Shown here one piece after another: positions 31,076 to 40,825 of a stretch of 64,000 nucleotides of DNA. The notes below the pieces were generated by a model that had not been told where the DNA came from, made no database searches, and was given only the letters and a program-made list of their open reading frames with translations. The stretch is from an uncultured Gemmatimonadales bacterium (GTDB lineage Bacteria > Gemmatimonadota > Gemmatimonadetes > Gemmatimonadales > Gemmatimonadaceae): the NCBI GenBank assembly GCA_963707505.1, contig CAVPQB010000006.1, positions 704,001 through 768,000 of the forward strand, written 5' to 3'. Position 1 is the stretch's first letter. Every line of letters starts with the position of its first letter. Position numbers and translations under genes: made by a program.

Positions 31076-32674
31076 ATGAGTGCAACACGAATGGCGATCG
31101 GCGCCCTGGCGGCTCTGCTCGTCACGGTACCGGCAGGCGCACAGCAGCGGGGACGGGGACGTCCCGGCAACTCGACGACGACGGATACAACGACGTCGGA
31201 CACGACAATCTCCCAGACTACGCCTCGGGGCGTGGTCCAGTCCGCGCAGACGATTACGCGGACCACGACAGCCATGCCCTACAAGCCGATGCCGCCGATT
31301 GACACTACCGTTGTCACCCAGCACACGGCGACCATCGGGGGTCAGCAGATCCACTATACGGCGACCACCGGCACCTATGTGGTTCGCGACGATTCCGGCG
31401 CCCCGAAGGCGACCTTCTTCTTTGTGGCGTACACGAAGAATGGCGTGCCGGACGTCGCGCGTCGTCCGATCGCTTTCGTATATAACGGCGGACCCGGCTC
31501 GGCGTCGCTGTTCACGCACATGGGGATGGGACCGAAGAAGGTGGTGTTGACGCCCGATGGACACGGCATGCCGGCGCCGTACCGCATCACCGATAACTCG
31601 GACTCGTTTCTCGACACGACCGATCTCGTGTTCGTCGATGCGATCTCGACGGGGTACAGCCGCCCCGCACCGGGCCAGAAGCCGGCGCAATTCTACGGTG
31701 TCGTCGAGGATGCGACGTGGTTCTCAGACTTCATCTATCAGTACGTAACGCGCAACGAGCGGTGGAATTCGCCCAAGTTCCTGATTGGCGAGAGTTACGG
31801 CACCACGCGCTCTGCCGAGCTGTCGGGCGTGCTGTTGAAGCGTCACGAGATGTACCTGAATGGAATCGTGCTGCTCTCATCGGTCGCGTTCGCGCAGTGG
31901 GGCGATGACGACCGTACCGAATTCTTCCTGCCGGGCTACGTCACCACGGCATGGTATCACCACCTTTTGGCGCCGGATCTTCAGCAGCAATCGCTCGAGC
32001 AGATTGCGCAACTGGGGCGCACGTTCGCGCACGGTGAATACGCGCAGGCACTCGAGAAGGGTGATGAAATCACTCCCGCCGAATACCAGAAGGTGGTGAG
32101 CGACATGGCTCGTCTCACCGCGCTCTCGCCGACGTACATCGAGCAGTCCAATCTGCGCGTGAGTCCGCAGCGCTGGTTCACCGAGCTGCTCCGCAACAAG
32201 CGCGAAGTCCTCGGCCGCCTGGATTCACGATTCACCGGCTACAACCGCGACGCCGCTGGCGAGCGGGCAGAGTACGATCCGAGCGAAGCATCGTATGAAG
32301 GCGCCTTCACGGCAACGTTCATGGACTACGTGCGGCGTGATCTCCACTGGAAGAGCAACGCCTTCTACACGGTGACGGCGAATGTCCGGCCGTGGGACCG
32401 GTCAGCGCAAGCGCAGGTGGCCGAGACCCTTCGTAGCGCGATGACGCAGGAGACATCGCTCAAGGTGCGCGTGCTGGCGGGTTACTACGATTTCGCTACA
32501 CCGTTCAACGGAATCGAAGAGACAGTATCGCACATGCAGCTGGAACCGTCAGTTCGCAAAAACATCGGATTCGACTACTACCCGACAGGACACATGGTTT
32601 ACATCGACCAGCAGGCGAGCGACAAGCTGCATCACGACGTTGATGCATTCATCAACTCGAGCTACGAGCATTGA
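31076..32674 (+). CDS. Peptidase S10 (serine carboxypeptidase), exported
   Basis: YNGGPGSAS, GESYGT, GYYDFATP, GHMVY; signal peptide. Confidence 0.92.
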   Translation: MSATRMAIGALAALLVTVPAGAQQRGRGRPGNSTTTDTTTSDTTISQTTPRGVVQSAQTITRTTTAMPYKPMPPIDTTVVTQHTATIGGQQIHYTATTGTYVVRDDSGAPKATFFFVAYTKNGVPDVARRPIAFVYNGGPGSASLFTHMGMGPKKVVLTPDGHGMPAPYRITDNSDSFLDTTDLVFVDAISTGYSRPAPGQKPAQFYGVVEDATWFSDFIYQYVTRNERWNSPKFLIGESYGTTRSAELSGVLLKRHEMYLNGIVLLSSVAFAQWGDDDRTEFFLPGYVTTAWYHHLLAPDLQQQSLEQIAQLGRTFAHGEYAQALEKGDEITPAEYQKVVSDMARLTALSPTYIEQSNLRVSPQRWFTELLRNKREVLGRLDSRFTGYNRDAAGERAEYDPSEASYEGAFTATFMDYVRRDLHWKSNAFYTVTANVRPWDRSAQAQVAETLRSAMTQETSLKVRVLAGYYDFATPFNGIEETVSHMQLEPSVRKNIGFDYYPTGHMVYIDQQASDKLHHDVDAFINSSYEH

Positions 32675-32749
32675 TCCGTAGCGCGCAGTGACAGCGTTGT
32701 TCTCTCCGGCGCACGCGAACGAGTGCGCCGGAGAGAGTCGCAGCGGTCG

Positions 32750-33286
32750 TTAGTCGCGCAGATAGTGACAGCTGTAGCCGCCGGGATTCTTTTTCAGGTA
32801 GTCCTGGTGGTACTTCTCCGCACTGTACCATGTCGAAGCAGGCTCGATCGACGTCGTGATCGGCTTCTTCCACTTGCCTGACGCCTGCACGCGCGCGATC
32901 ACCTGTTCGGCGATCTTCGCCTGTTCCGGTGACTGCGGAAAGATCGCGGAGCGGTATTGCGTGCCGATGTCGTTGCCCTGACGATTCAACGTTGTCGGAT
33001 CGTGCAGGCGGAAAAACCAGTTCTCGAGCAGGTCCTGGTAGCTGAGCACCGAGGGATCGAAGGTGACTCGGATCGATTCTGCGTGCCCCGACTTGCTGTC
33101 GTGCGTGTCTTCGTAGGTGGGATTCTTCACCCAGCCGCCCGTGTAGCCCACGTCGGTGTCGATGACGCCGGGGACCTCGCGAAGAATGTCCTCGACGCCC
33201 CAGAAGCAGCCGCCCGCGAGGACGGCGATTTCAGTGCGGGTGGCGGCTGCTACGCCCGAGTCCGTTGCGTGCTGTTGTTCGTTCAT
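32750..33286 (-). CDS. msrA: Peptide-methionine (S)-S-oxide reductase
   Basis: AGGCFWG, GHAE, HDPTTLNRQGND.GTQYRS, AEKYHQDY. Confidence 0.95.
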   Translation of the reverse strand: MNEQQHATDSGVAAATRTEIAVLAGGCFWGVEDILREVPGVIDTDVGYTGGWVKNPTYEDTHDSKSGHAESIRVTFDPSVLSYQDLLENWFFRLHDPTTLNRQGNDIGTQYRSAIFPQSPEQAKIAEQVIARVQASGKWKKPITTSIEPASTWYSAEKYHQDYLKKNPGGYSCHYLRD

Positions 33287-33436
33287 TTCCGACCTTCCGT
33301 TCAAGCATTGGCGCATTCAATGGCGCGTCAATGAAAGATAAATGTCCTGGGCGGTGAAATGTCGCTGACGGTGTGGTGCCCCGCGTCCTGGGCACGGGGC
33401 AATGCCAGACCTTGCTGTGACCGTGGCTGCCCGTGG

Positions 33437-33937
33437 CTATGAGCGCTGTACCGTCCGTCCGATTCGCACGCGCCAGACTTCCGGTCCTTCTTCCAGCGCG
33501 TCCCACGTGAATTCACCCTTGTGCTCGGCGTCGAACTGATACCACAGCGGCTTGGGATCGTGATCGTTGACGAGCACGTATGCAGTACCCGGCGCGAGTG
33601 CTGCGAACTGGTCGAATATTATTTCATGCCGCACCCTGGGTGTTTCAGGGCGGACGTCAATGATGCGGTCTTCGGTGTGCATTGCGGCCTCCATTTGAGC
33701 CTGGCGTTGCTGTGCTTCGAGTTTCTGTTCCAGGCGGGACAGAAAGTGCATCGCGCCATCCAAGCGCTCGGCGTCATCGGGATAGTCGTCTCTCAGCAGC
33801 GACCAGCCTTCCGCCGCAAGCTGTGCGGCGGTGGATGGATGGCCCGCCTTGCCCAGCTCACGGCACGTGTGAGCGAGAATGCGAGTGAGTGCGTTTACGA
33901 CAGCTGCCGTAACGACTTCCGGTGATGGTTCCATCAT
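33437..33937 (-). CDS. DUF2249-domain protein with extra N-terminal helical region
   Basis: IDVR..PRVRHEIIF..LVNDHDPKPL.YQF..EGPEVWRVRI. Confidence 0.8.
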   Translation of the reverse strand: MMEPSPEVVTAAVVNALTRILAHTCRELGKAGHPSTAAQLAAEGWSLLRDDYPDDAERLDGAMHFLSRLEQKLEAQQRQAQMEAAMHTEDRIIDVRPETPRVRHEIIFDQFAALAPGTAYVLVNDHDPKPLWYQFDAEHKGEFTWDALEEGPEVWRVRIGRTVQRS

Positions 33938-34135
33938 ATCAGGTGACAATTTGACCCTCCGCATGCAATCTGCAGTATGAACGCGCGAATTTGCAACGGG
34001 CATTGGCGGGATGCGACCTGCACGCTTTGATATTCGCGTGCACCCAACGCTCCGGCCTGGGGTATGAACGAAAGTCGATACCGACGGCTCCCGGAAACCG
34101 CATTTGTGCGCTCACCCTGTTACAGGTGCAGTCTG

Positions 34136-35089
34136 ATGCAAATACGTGAGATAATGAGCACCGGCGTAGTTACGATCGAACCTCGCGAAGCGGCGAGTGC
34201 TGCGTGGGCGCGCATGCGGCGTCGCGGCATTCGGCATCTCGTGGTGGTGGACGAAGGGCGGGTCGTCGGCGTTCTCTCGGAACGCGACCTCGGCGGGCGA
34301 TCGGGGGCCGCAAAGCGCAGGAATCGCATCGTGCGCGACCTCATGACGCCGCGCGTGGAAACGATGGATTCAGAAGCGAGTGCAGACTCTGCTGCGGAGC
34401 TCATGCGGGAACGCCTGATCGGGTCGCTGCCTGTGATGGACGGCGATGACCTGGTTGGCATAGTTACGGCTACTGATGTGTTCGAAGCGGTCGACAATGG
34501 AACGCGCGGTCGGCTCAGTAGCGCCGAGCGACAGATGTTGCGCGCGCCAAGCAGCAGCAAGCGGCTGGGCGGGAGCCCCATCGCGCGCAAGCGAGTCGCG
34601 GAATCGAGCGACGTCCGGCGCGAGCGACCGAAAATATCGAATCGGGACAAGCGGGAACCGCTCGCGGATCAGCTCACCAAACCCGAGAAGCGGATAGCCG
34701 GCCGAACCGTCGCGTCGGAGGTGCCGGCAAACATCCGCGTGTCGGGAGTCGAACTGGATGACGACGATCGGGATTACATCCGTCAGCGGCTCGGTTTGAA
34801 ACTCGGCAAGTTCGCGAGTTCGATAGAGCGCGTGACGGTGCGTGTGAAGGACATCAATGGCGATCGCGGCGGGATCGACAAGGTCTGCAACATCAAGGTT
34901 GTGGTGAGCGGACTCCCGAGCGTGGTGGTGGAAGAGCGATCCGACTCGACCAGGGTAGCGGTCAATTCCGCTCTCGCCGCGATCGAGAGTGCCGTGCGCC
35001 GGGTTGTGCAGCGGAGGCGGATGACTCCTCTCAGGACGGGTGGGGGGACGGAGTGGGGACGGAGTGGGGACGGACTCCGTCGCCCCTAA
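34136..35089 (+). CDS. CBS-pair protein fused to an HPF/RaiA (S30AE)-like domain
   Basis: Two CBS motifs (GIRHLVVVD..VGVLSERD; GSLPVMD..VGIVTATD). C-terminus: YIRQRLGLKLGKFASSIERVTVRVKDINGDRGGIDKVC. Confidence 0.8.
   Translation: MQIREIMSTGVVTIEPREAASAAWARMRRRGIRHLVVVDEGRVVGVLSERDLGGRSGAAKRRNRIVRDLMTPRVETMDSEASADSAAELMRERLIGSLPVMDGDDLVGIVTATDVFEAVDNGTRGRLSSAERQMLRAPSSSKRLGGSPIARKRVAESSDVRRERPKISNRDKREPLADQLTKPEKRIAGRTVASEVPANIRVSGVELDDDDRDYIRQRLGLKLGKFASSIERVTVRVKDINGDRGGIDKVCNIKVVVSGLPSVVVEERSDSTRVAVNSALAAIESAVRRVVQRRRMTPLRTGGGTEWGRSGDGLRRP
35038..35086. repeat. G-rich 11-bp tandem repeat (TGGGGACGGAG, ~3 copies) ending in its own inverted copy
   Basis: GGGTGGGGGGACGGAGTGGGGACGGAGTGGGGACGGACTCCGTCGCCCC at the junction of convergent genes. 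Confidence 0.7.
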
Positions 35090-35092
35090 GCG

Positions 35093-36013
35093 TCATTTCG
35101 TGCCGATCGACTGGCGCGAGCCGCCTCGGCTCTCGATCGCGGTATGGCGCGGAGCTGTGAATCCCCTGGCGTTCAGCCACCAGACGAAATCGTCGATCCA
35201 GTGGTCGCTGCTCGTGCCCTGCTTGCGCATGCCGAAGCCGTGCCCGCCGGCGTTGAAGACGTGTGCTTCCGGTTTCTGGCCAGCTGATGTCAACGCATCG
35301 TAGAATCTGACGACGGGGACGCGCGCTACGGTGTCGTCCTGCGCCCATGCCATGAAAATCGGCGGCAGGTTGTGCGGGATCGCGGGCATTACGCCGAATG
35401 GCGCGCCGTAGATGAGCGCATCGAAGCTCGGGCGCGCTGCGGCGTTCTCCTGCAGCATGGCTCCGCTCGCAACCATGCCGCCGGCCGAAAAGCCGATGAT
35501 GCCCACCTTGTCAGGAGAGACGCGCCATTCAGCCGCGTGTTGCCGAATCACCTTGATGGCCTGAATGCCGTCCGCGATCCCGTACTTGCAGGCCTGATCC
35601 ATATCGATGTTGGTTGGAATCCCTTGCTGGCGTTTCTCCATCGTTCTGTACTTGAGCACGAACGCAGCGACACCCGCTTTCTGGAGCGCGCGCGCGACAT
35701 CGTTGCCCTCGATGTCCATTGCGAGCGCGACGCAATATCCACCGGGCGCGATGATGACACCCGCGCCGGTCGCGATTGACCGGTCCGGTAGGTAGAGGGT
35801 CAACGTAGGTGTCACCACATCGAGCGCGACGGTGCCGATGGGAGCGACGTGCACTACCATCTCCTTCTGCTTCCAGCTCTCCGAGCCCGGTGCTACGCCA
35901 GGCCAGATGTCGAGCGTCTGAGCGTGGGCGCCGAGTGCTGCAAGCAAGTAGAGCGCAGTCGCGCCGGCTTTGAGTAACGTCGTTGAGCGCATAGACGCCG
36001 GTTCCACGCTCAC
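35093..36013 (-). CDS. Alpha/beta hydrolase (carbohydrate-esterase-like)
   Basis: APGGY, GFSAGG, AQDD, GGHGFG; GTGA overlap with the mscS stop. Confidence 0.88.
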   Translation of the reverse strand: MSVEPASMRSTTLLKAGATALYLLAALGAHAQTLDIWPGVAPGSESWKQKEMVVHVAPIGTVALDVVTPTLTLYLPDRSIATGAGVIIAPGGYCVALAMDIEGNDVARALQKAGVAAFVLKYRTMEKRQQGIPTNIDMDQACKYGIADGIQAIKVIRQHAAEWRVSPDKVGIIGFSAGGMVASGAMLQENAAARPSFDALIYGAPFGVMPAIPHNLPPIFMAWAQDDTVARVPVVRFYDALTSAGQKPEAHVFNAGGHGFGMRKQGTSSDHWIDDFVWWLNARGFTAPRHTAIESRGGSRQSIGTK

Positions 36014-38094
36014 GTCAGAGCGGGCCGGTCCTCCGTCGCGAGCTGTGCGTTGGGCACCGCGGCCTGGCCCGCCGCGTCGTGTAGTGCGCGGGTCATGAGC
36101 TGATCGTTCATCGCGGCGTGATCGGGGAGAACGGGGTATCGCACCACGAACTCCAGGGCGCGCTCCGTAAAGTGTACGTCCACGTGTGGCTCCGGTCGCG
36201 ACGTATCGAAATCGATCAGTCTCTGGACTGTTGCGTGTTGCTCGTCGATCGCCTGCCGATAGGTTGCATATACGGAGGAGGCGACTTCCGCCAGACGGAC
36301 CTGCGTGGAGTGCACGTCAGTGGTCGGCGGCAGCGTAAGGGTCACGCTGTGCCATATGTAGTCCGCCCCAGGAATCTGCTTGAACAACGCCTGCGGTTGG
36401 AACAGGACGGAATTGGAAAGCACCACGATGCGCCCGGTGGACTGCAATTCGGGACCCGCGAGCTCCATGAGATAGATACGAACGAGCCCAATGTCGATCA
36501 CACGACCGGTGACACCGGCGAGAGTGATACGATCACCGGTGCGCACGCCGTAGCGGCCGATCAGGAAGAAGTAGCCGACCACGGCGAGAATGACGTTCTG
36601 CAGTGCGAGAGCGAGTCCGGCGGTGAGGAAGCCGACATACGTGGCGAGCGATCCCATCTGTGATACGAATCCCATCACGATGATGAGCAACAAGGCCACC
36701 ACGACGACGATTCGCCGAAGCAGCAGAAATTGTCTGCGTCTGCGAGTGTCGCGCAGATAGCGGAACGTCGCTCTACGCCAGGCTTCCGAAATCACCAGGA
36801 CCAGCAGGACGGACGCGATGAGCAGACCCAGGCGCCAGAGCAGTGCGTCGCGCAGGGTGGCGGAGCGTGCGTCGAAGGTTCCGCGCAACAACACCAGCGA
36901 GTTGCGAGCGTCGTCGGTGGAGATGTCCTGCTCGCTCAGCGGCACGACCAGCGTGGCCAGTTGCTTGAATTGTGCTGTGGCGTTCTGGAGTTGAAGCTGG
37001 GTGGCCAACAGCTGTTGAGGATCGGTCGACGCGCTGTCCAGGGGATTGGCGTGCAGCCTCACGAGCGTGCGGACCTGCGCCGAGACGCGCGTGCGTAAGC
37101 TGTCGAGCTCGCCGCCGAGGTTGTCGGTTTGGCGGATTGCGGCATCAAACTCGTACCGTATCCGTTTGAGAGCGAGCCACTCTCCAACGAGCGCCACCAG
37201 TCCGGAAGAGCTTTGTACGCTGCTCTCGGATGGCGACGGCGTCGACGGAGCTGTCGCTGCCGAAGCGGCCGTGTCGTTCCGTGTCTTCGTTCTGCCAGCC
37301 GCGGAGCTGGCGCTCGGTGCCACACTATCGTTGGCACCGGAGCCGCCGGTACTGTTGTCGCGCAGCTCCGGCACCGTGTGCTCGATCTCTTCGACCTGCG
37401 ACGTCAGAGTGCCGCCTGTCCCCCCGCCGTGCGCCGCGGCAGAAACGGCGAACTGCTGAAGCTGCGTGACGGTGCTCTGAACCTCCCGCGCCAGATCCAG
37501 TGCGGCTTCCGCTTCCGCGCGTTGCGCAGTGAGAGTTCGTCGCGCCGACGGCGTTGCGTGCGCGAGCGACGAGTCGATGGCGGCGATACGTTTCTGGATA
37601 GTATCCGTCCGCGCCCCGATTCGAGTCGCCGCGCGGTCGAGACGCACGGCATCATCCGACGTATCGCTCGTACTCGCGTTCGGAACCCCGACGTGCGGGG
37701 CCGCATCCACCATGCGCGCGGCGGCGCGAGCAAAGTCAAATGCCGAGCGCAGCGCCGCGAGTGCCGAGCTCCGCATTCCGTCACGAGTTCTGGTGCCGTC
37801 GGAGAGGTCGCTGTTCTGCGCGATCGTTTCGATGGTGTGGTACCACGTGACTGTCTCGTGCAGATGGTGCAACACCGCGTCAGCGGATGGAGGCGACGAT
37901 ACTGGAGCGGCGACCGCTGCTGTTGGCGATGCTGTCCGTGCGGATTTCGCTGAAGGAGCGACGGCCGGGGCGGTTCGCTGCGTCGTGGTTTGAGCGGCGG
38001 CAGCGAGAGGAACCAGTGCGGCAGCGCAGAGGATCGCACCGGTTGCGAGTCGCGTGACCGTGGGAGTAGCCCTGAAGCGGGTCACGGGGTGCAT
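36010..38094 (-). CDS. Large MscS-family mechanosensitive channel
   Basis: GLALALQNVI, GDRITLAGVTGRVIDIG, GRIVVLSNS; long helical periplasmic N-terminus. Confidence 0.88.
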   Translation of the reverse strand: MHPVTRFRATPTVTRLATGAILCAAALVPLAAAAQTTTQRTAPAVAPSAKSARTASPTAAVAAPVSSPPSADAVLHHLHETVTWYHTIETIAQNSDLSDGTRTRDGMRSSALAALRSAFDFARAAARMVDAAPHVGVPNASTSDTSDDAVRLDRAATRIGARTDTIQKRIAAIDSSLAHATPSARRTLTAQRAEAEAALDLAREVQSTVTQLQQFAVSAAAHGGGTGGTLTSQVEEIEHTVPELRDNSTGGSGANDSVAPSASSAAGRTKTRNDTAASAATAPSTPSPSESSVQSSSGLVALVGEWLALKRIRYEFDAAIRQTDNLGGELDSLRTRVSAQVRTLVRLHANPLDSASTDPQQLLATQLQLQNATAQFKQLATLVVPLSEQDISTDDARNSLVLLRGTFDARSATLRDALLWRLGLLIASVLLVLVISEAWRRATFRYLRDTRRRRQFLLLRRIVVVVALLLIIVMGFVSQMGSLATYVGFLTAGLALALQNVILAVVGYFFLIGRYGVRTGDRITLAGVTGRVIDIGLVRIYLMELAGPELQSTGRIVVLSNSVLFQPQALFKQIPGADYIWHSVTLTLPPTTDVHSTQVRLAEVASSVYATYRQAIDEQHATVQRLIDFDTSRPEPHVDVHFTERALEFVVRYPVLPDHAAMNDQLMTRALHDAAGQAAVPNAQLATEDRPALT

Positions 38095-38500
38095 CCGGAC
38101 TATGCTCTCATCCCGGGGTCGGCAGGAAGTTGTCGATTTGATTGTTTCTCTCCTGCCCGCTGGTGAGAATCCGTGCGAAGGAGCCTGACGGCCCGGAGAC
38201 AAAGATATCGGAGTCAGCTGGCGTGCGGACGGGTGACGCGGTGACCATCTGATACGGAACATCGGAGGCTAAGCGGTAAGGCGTTCCCGGTTCCTCGAGC
38301 TCAGCGCGGTCCGTCCCACCGAAGGACACCAGCAGGGCCGCGCGCGGTTACAGCCGCGCTGCCCGCCAGAATCACCCGCTGGGCTATTGAGGGCTACACC
38401 GAAGTAGCTCCCTTTTGGTACGTTTGGGGCCAGGCGTTGCTTTGTGCGCAACATTCAACCCGATTCCTTTCTGGATCATGCGACCAGATCAGTGAGCAGT

Positions 38501-40750
38501 ATGACTTTCTTCAAGTTCCGACGCCGATGGTTAGCCTGCTTCTGGCTCATCCTCCCGCTGGCCGGTGCAGTGCCGGGCGGGGTCAAAGCGCAGACGTCGC
38601 ATCGCGTCGATCTGGCGGCCGCCCGCTCGCTGATTGCGCGGGTTGTACCGACCAACGCCGCCAATTTCGAAGTCGCTGCGATTCCCGACAGCGCGGGTCG
38701 CGACGTATTTGAAGTGGCAAGCGTCGGATCGCGGGTGATGCTCCGCGGATCATCGGGCGTGGCCATCGCCTCGGCGCTCAACTGGTACCTGGAGCACGTG
38801 GCTGGCGTGAATGCGTCGCTTCCACTCAAGCCAATTGCGTTACCGACGCCGCTTCCCCGCGTGACGGCGCCGGTGCACGAGTCCACGCGTTACCGCGTGC
38901 GCTACTTCTTCAACTACTGCACGTTTTCGTATTCGATGGCGTGGTGGAACTGGAACGACTGGCAGTCGATGATCGACTGGATGGCGCTCAAGGGAATCAA
39001 CGCGCCGCTCGCCGTTACGGGACAGGAAGCGGTCTGGCGCTCGGTACTCGGCGACTTCGGGTTCAACCGCAAGCAGATCGGCGACTTCATCGTGGGGCCG
39101 GCATATCTGCCGTGGGGGTGGATGGCGAACATCGACGGGTTGGGCGGCCCACTGCCCGACAGCTGGATTGACAGTCACGTCACGCTGGAGCGACAAATTT
39201 TGTCGCGCGAGCGGTCATTGGGAATGACTCCGGTACTGCAAGGATTCACAGGACATGTGCCGGAGTCGATCACGCAAGTGATTCCCGGAACGAAGATTCA
39301 TCAAACCGGAGATTGGTCAGCGGGATTCTCCGGCACCTGGTTTCTGGATCCGCAGGATTCGCTGTTCCAGCGAATGGGTCGGAAGTTCGTCGAGAAGCAG
39401 ACTGAACTCTTCGGCACCGACCATCTGTACGCCGCCGATCCGTTCAACGAAATCGACCCGCCGTCCAACGACTCGACGTTCCTGGCCGAGATGGGCGGCG
39501 CGATCTACAACGGCATGCACTCGGCGGACACGAGCGCCACGTGGGTAATACAGGCGTGGTTCCTGGTGTATGGCAAGAAGTTCTGGCAGGATCCGCAGGC
39601 CGAGGCATTGTTGGGTGCCGTGCCGGATGACCGCATGCTGGTGCTGGATCTGTGGGGCGACCGCTCGCCCGGATGGAAGGCGCGTCACGCCTTTTACGGC
39701 AAGCCGTGGATCTGGAATGTGCTGTACAATTTTGGCGGCAAGGTGAGCGTGAACGGTGACCTGCCGCAGATTGCCGCGAATCTCGACACGGCCATTCGCA
39801 GCCCCGATAAGGGGCGCATGGAAGGACTCGGCATGACCATGGAAGGTCTGGGGACGAACCCGATCGTGCCCGATTTCGTGTTCGACCAGGTGTGGCGCGA
39901 TACCGTGCCCAACGTGACTGCGTGGACGCGCGATTACATCATACGCCGGTATGGGCATTACAACGCGTCGGCGTGGAGCGCGTGGAAGTTGCTGCTCGCG
40001 ACAGCGTTCCGCTCGTCGGCGCAGACTGGGAATTTTCTGGGCGAGCGGCCGCAGTTCCATGTAAAGGGGCGGTCGTACCGTACCGAGCCGATTCCGCCGT
40101 ACGACGAGCGCATTGTCGCGCGCGCTTTGGATTCGCTGTTGGCAGCCGCGCCCGCACTTGGCAGTAACGACGCGTACCGTTACGACGTCGTGAATCTGAC
40201 GAGGCAGGTACTTGGGCAGCTCGGGCTACCGTTGGTGAATCGACTGCAGGCGGCGTACGAGGAGAAGAATCACACGAAGCTGATCGCGACGGAGGGACAG
40301 ATCGAATCGCTGTTACGCGACCTCGATACGTTGGTTGGCACGCGGCGGGAGTTCCTGTTGGGACGGTGGATTGCCGACGCCAAACGCTGGGGCACTACGG
40401 ATGATGAGCGACGGTTGTACGAGTGGAACGCGCGCAACATCATCACGCTCTGGGGCACCAAGTGCACCGAGGGACAGAACGACGACCTGAACCTTTACGC
40501 GTTCAAGGAGTGGGAGGGGATGTTCACCGGATACTTCCTACCGCGATGGGACGCGTTCTTCAAGGATCTGAACGCGTCACTGGACAGTGGGAAGCCGCTC
40601 GACCGGGCGCCGTTTGCCGCCGCTTCGTGCGAGTGGGAACAGAAATGGTCGCGCGCGACGACGCCGACGTTCAGAACCGAGCCGACGGGTGAGCCGGTGG
40701 CGACAGCGGAGCGGTTGGTGAAGAAGTGGCGGCCCGAGATTGTCCAATAA
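38501..40750 (+). CDS. Alpha-N-acetylglucosaminidase (GH89)
   Basis: RYFFNYCTFSYS, IDWMALKGIN, DPFNE, MEG, NARNIITLWG. Confidence 0.93.
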   Translation: MTFFKFRRRWLACFWLILPLAGAVPGGVKAQTSHRVDLAAARSLIARVVPTNAANFEVAAIPDSAGRDVFEVASVGSRVMLRGSSGVAIASALNWYLEHVAGVNASLPLKPIALPTPLPRVTAPVHESTRYRVRYFFNYCTFSYSMAWWNWNDWQSMIDWMALKGINAPLAVTGQEAVWRSVLGDFGFNRKQIGDFIVGPAYLPWGWMANIDGLGGPLPDSWIDSHVTLERQILSRERSLGMTPVLQGFTGHVPESITQVIPGTKIHQTGDWSAGFSGTWFLDPQDSLFQRMGRKFVEKQTELFGTDHLYAADPFNEIDPPSNDSTFLAEMGGAIYNGMHSADTSATWVIQAWFLVYGKKFWQDPQAEALLGAVPDDRMLVLDLWGDRSPGWKARHAFYGKPWIWNVLYNFGGKVSVNGDLPQIAANLDTAIRSPDKGRMEGLGMTMEGLGTNPIVPDFVFDQVWRDTVPNVTAWTRDYIIRRYGHYNASAWSAWKLLLATAFRSSAQTGNFLGERPQFHVKGRSYRTEPIPPYDERIVARALDSLLAAAPALGSNDAYRYDVVNLTRQVLGQLGLPLVNRLQAAYEEKNHTKLIATEGQIESLLRDLDTLVGTRREFLLGRWIADAKRWGTTDDERRLYEWNARNIITLWGTKCTEGQNDDLNLYAFKEWEGMFTGYFLPRWDAFFKDLNASLDSGKPLDRAPFAAASCEWEQKWSRATTPTFRTEPTGEPVATAERLVKKWRPEIVQ

Positions 40751-40825
40751 CGCCGTTCAATCTCCCACATCCATGACGTAACCTTGGTCATGGCCGAAAA
40801 CTCAGAGAACTCAAAGGGAAATCCA

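Noticed and set aside
33377..33402. TGCCCCG...GCACGGGGCAA hairpin as another element relic
   Set aside because: Only 11 nt match and the GGGGTCAG end is missing; more simply a terminator-like hairpin after DUF2249.
38100..38500. Riboswitch or ncRNA in the mscS-GH89 intergenic region
   Set aside because: Only a small hairpin with a short T-run near 38391-38416; no recognisable aptamer.
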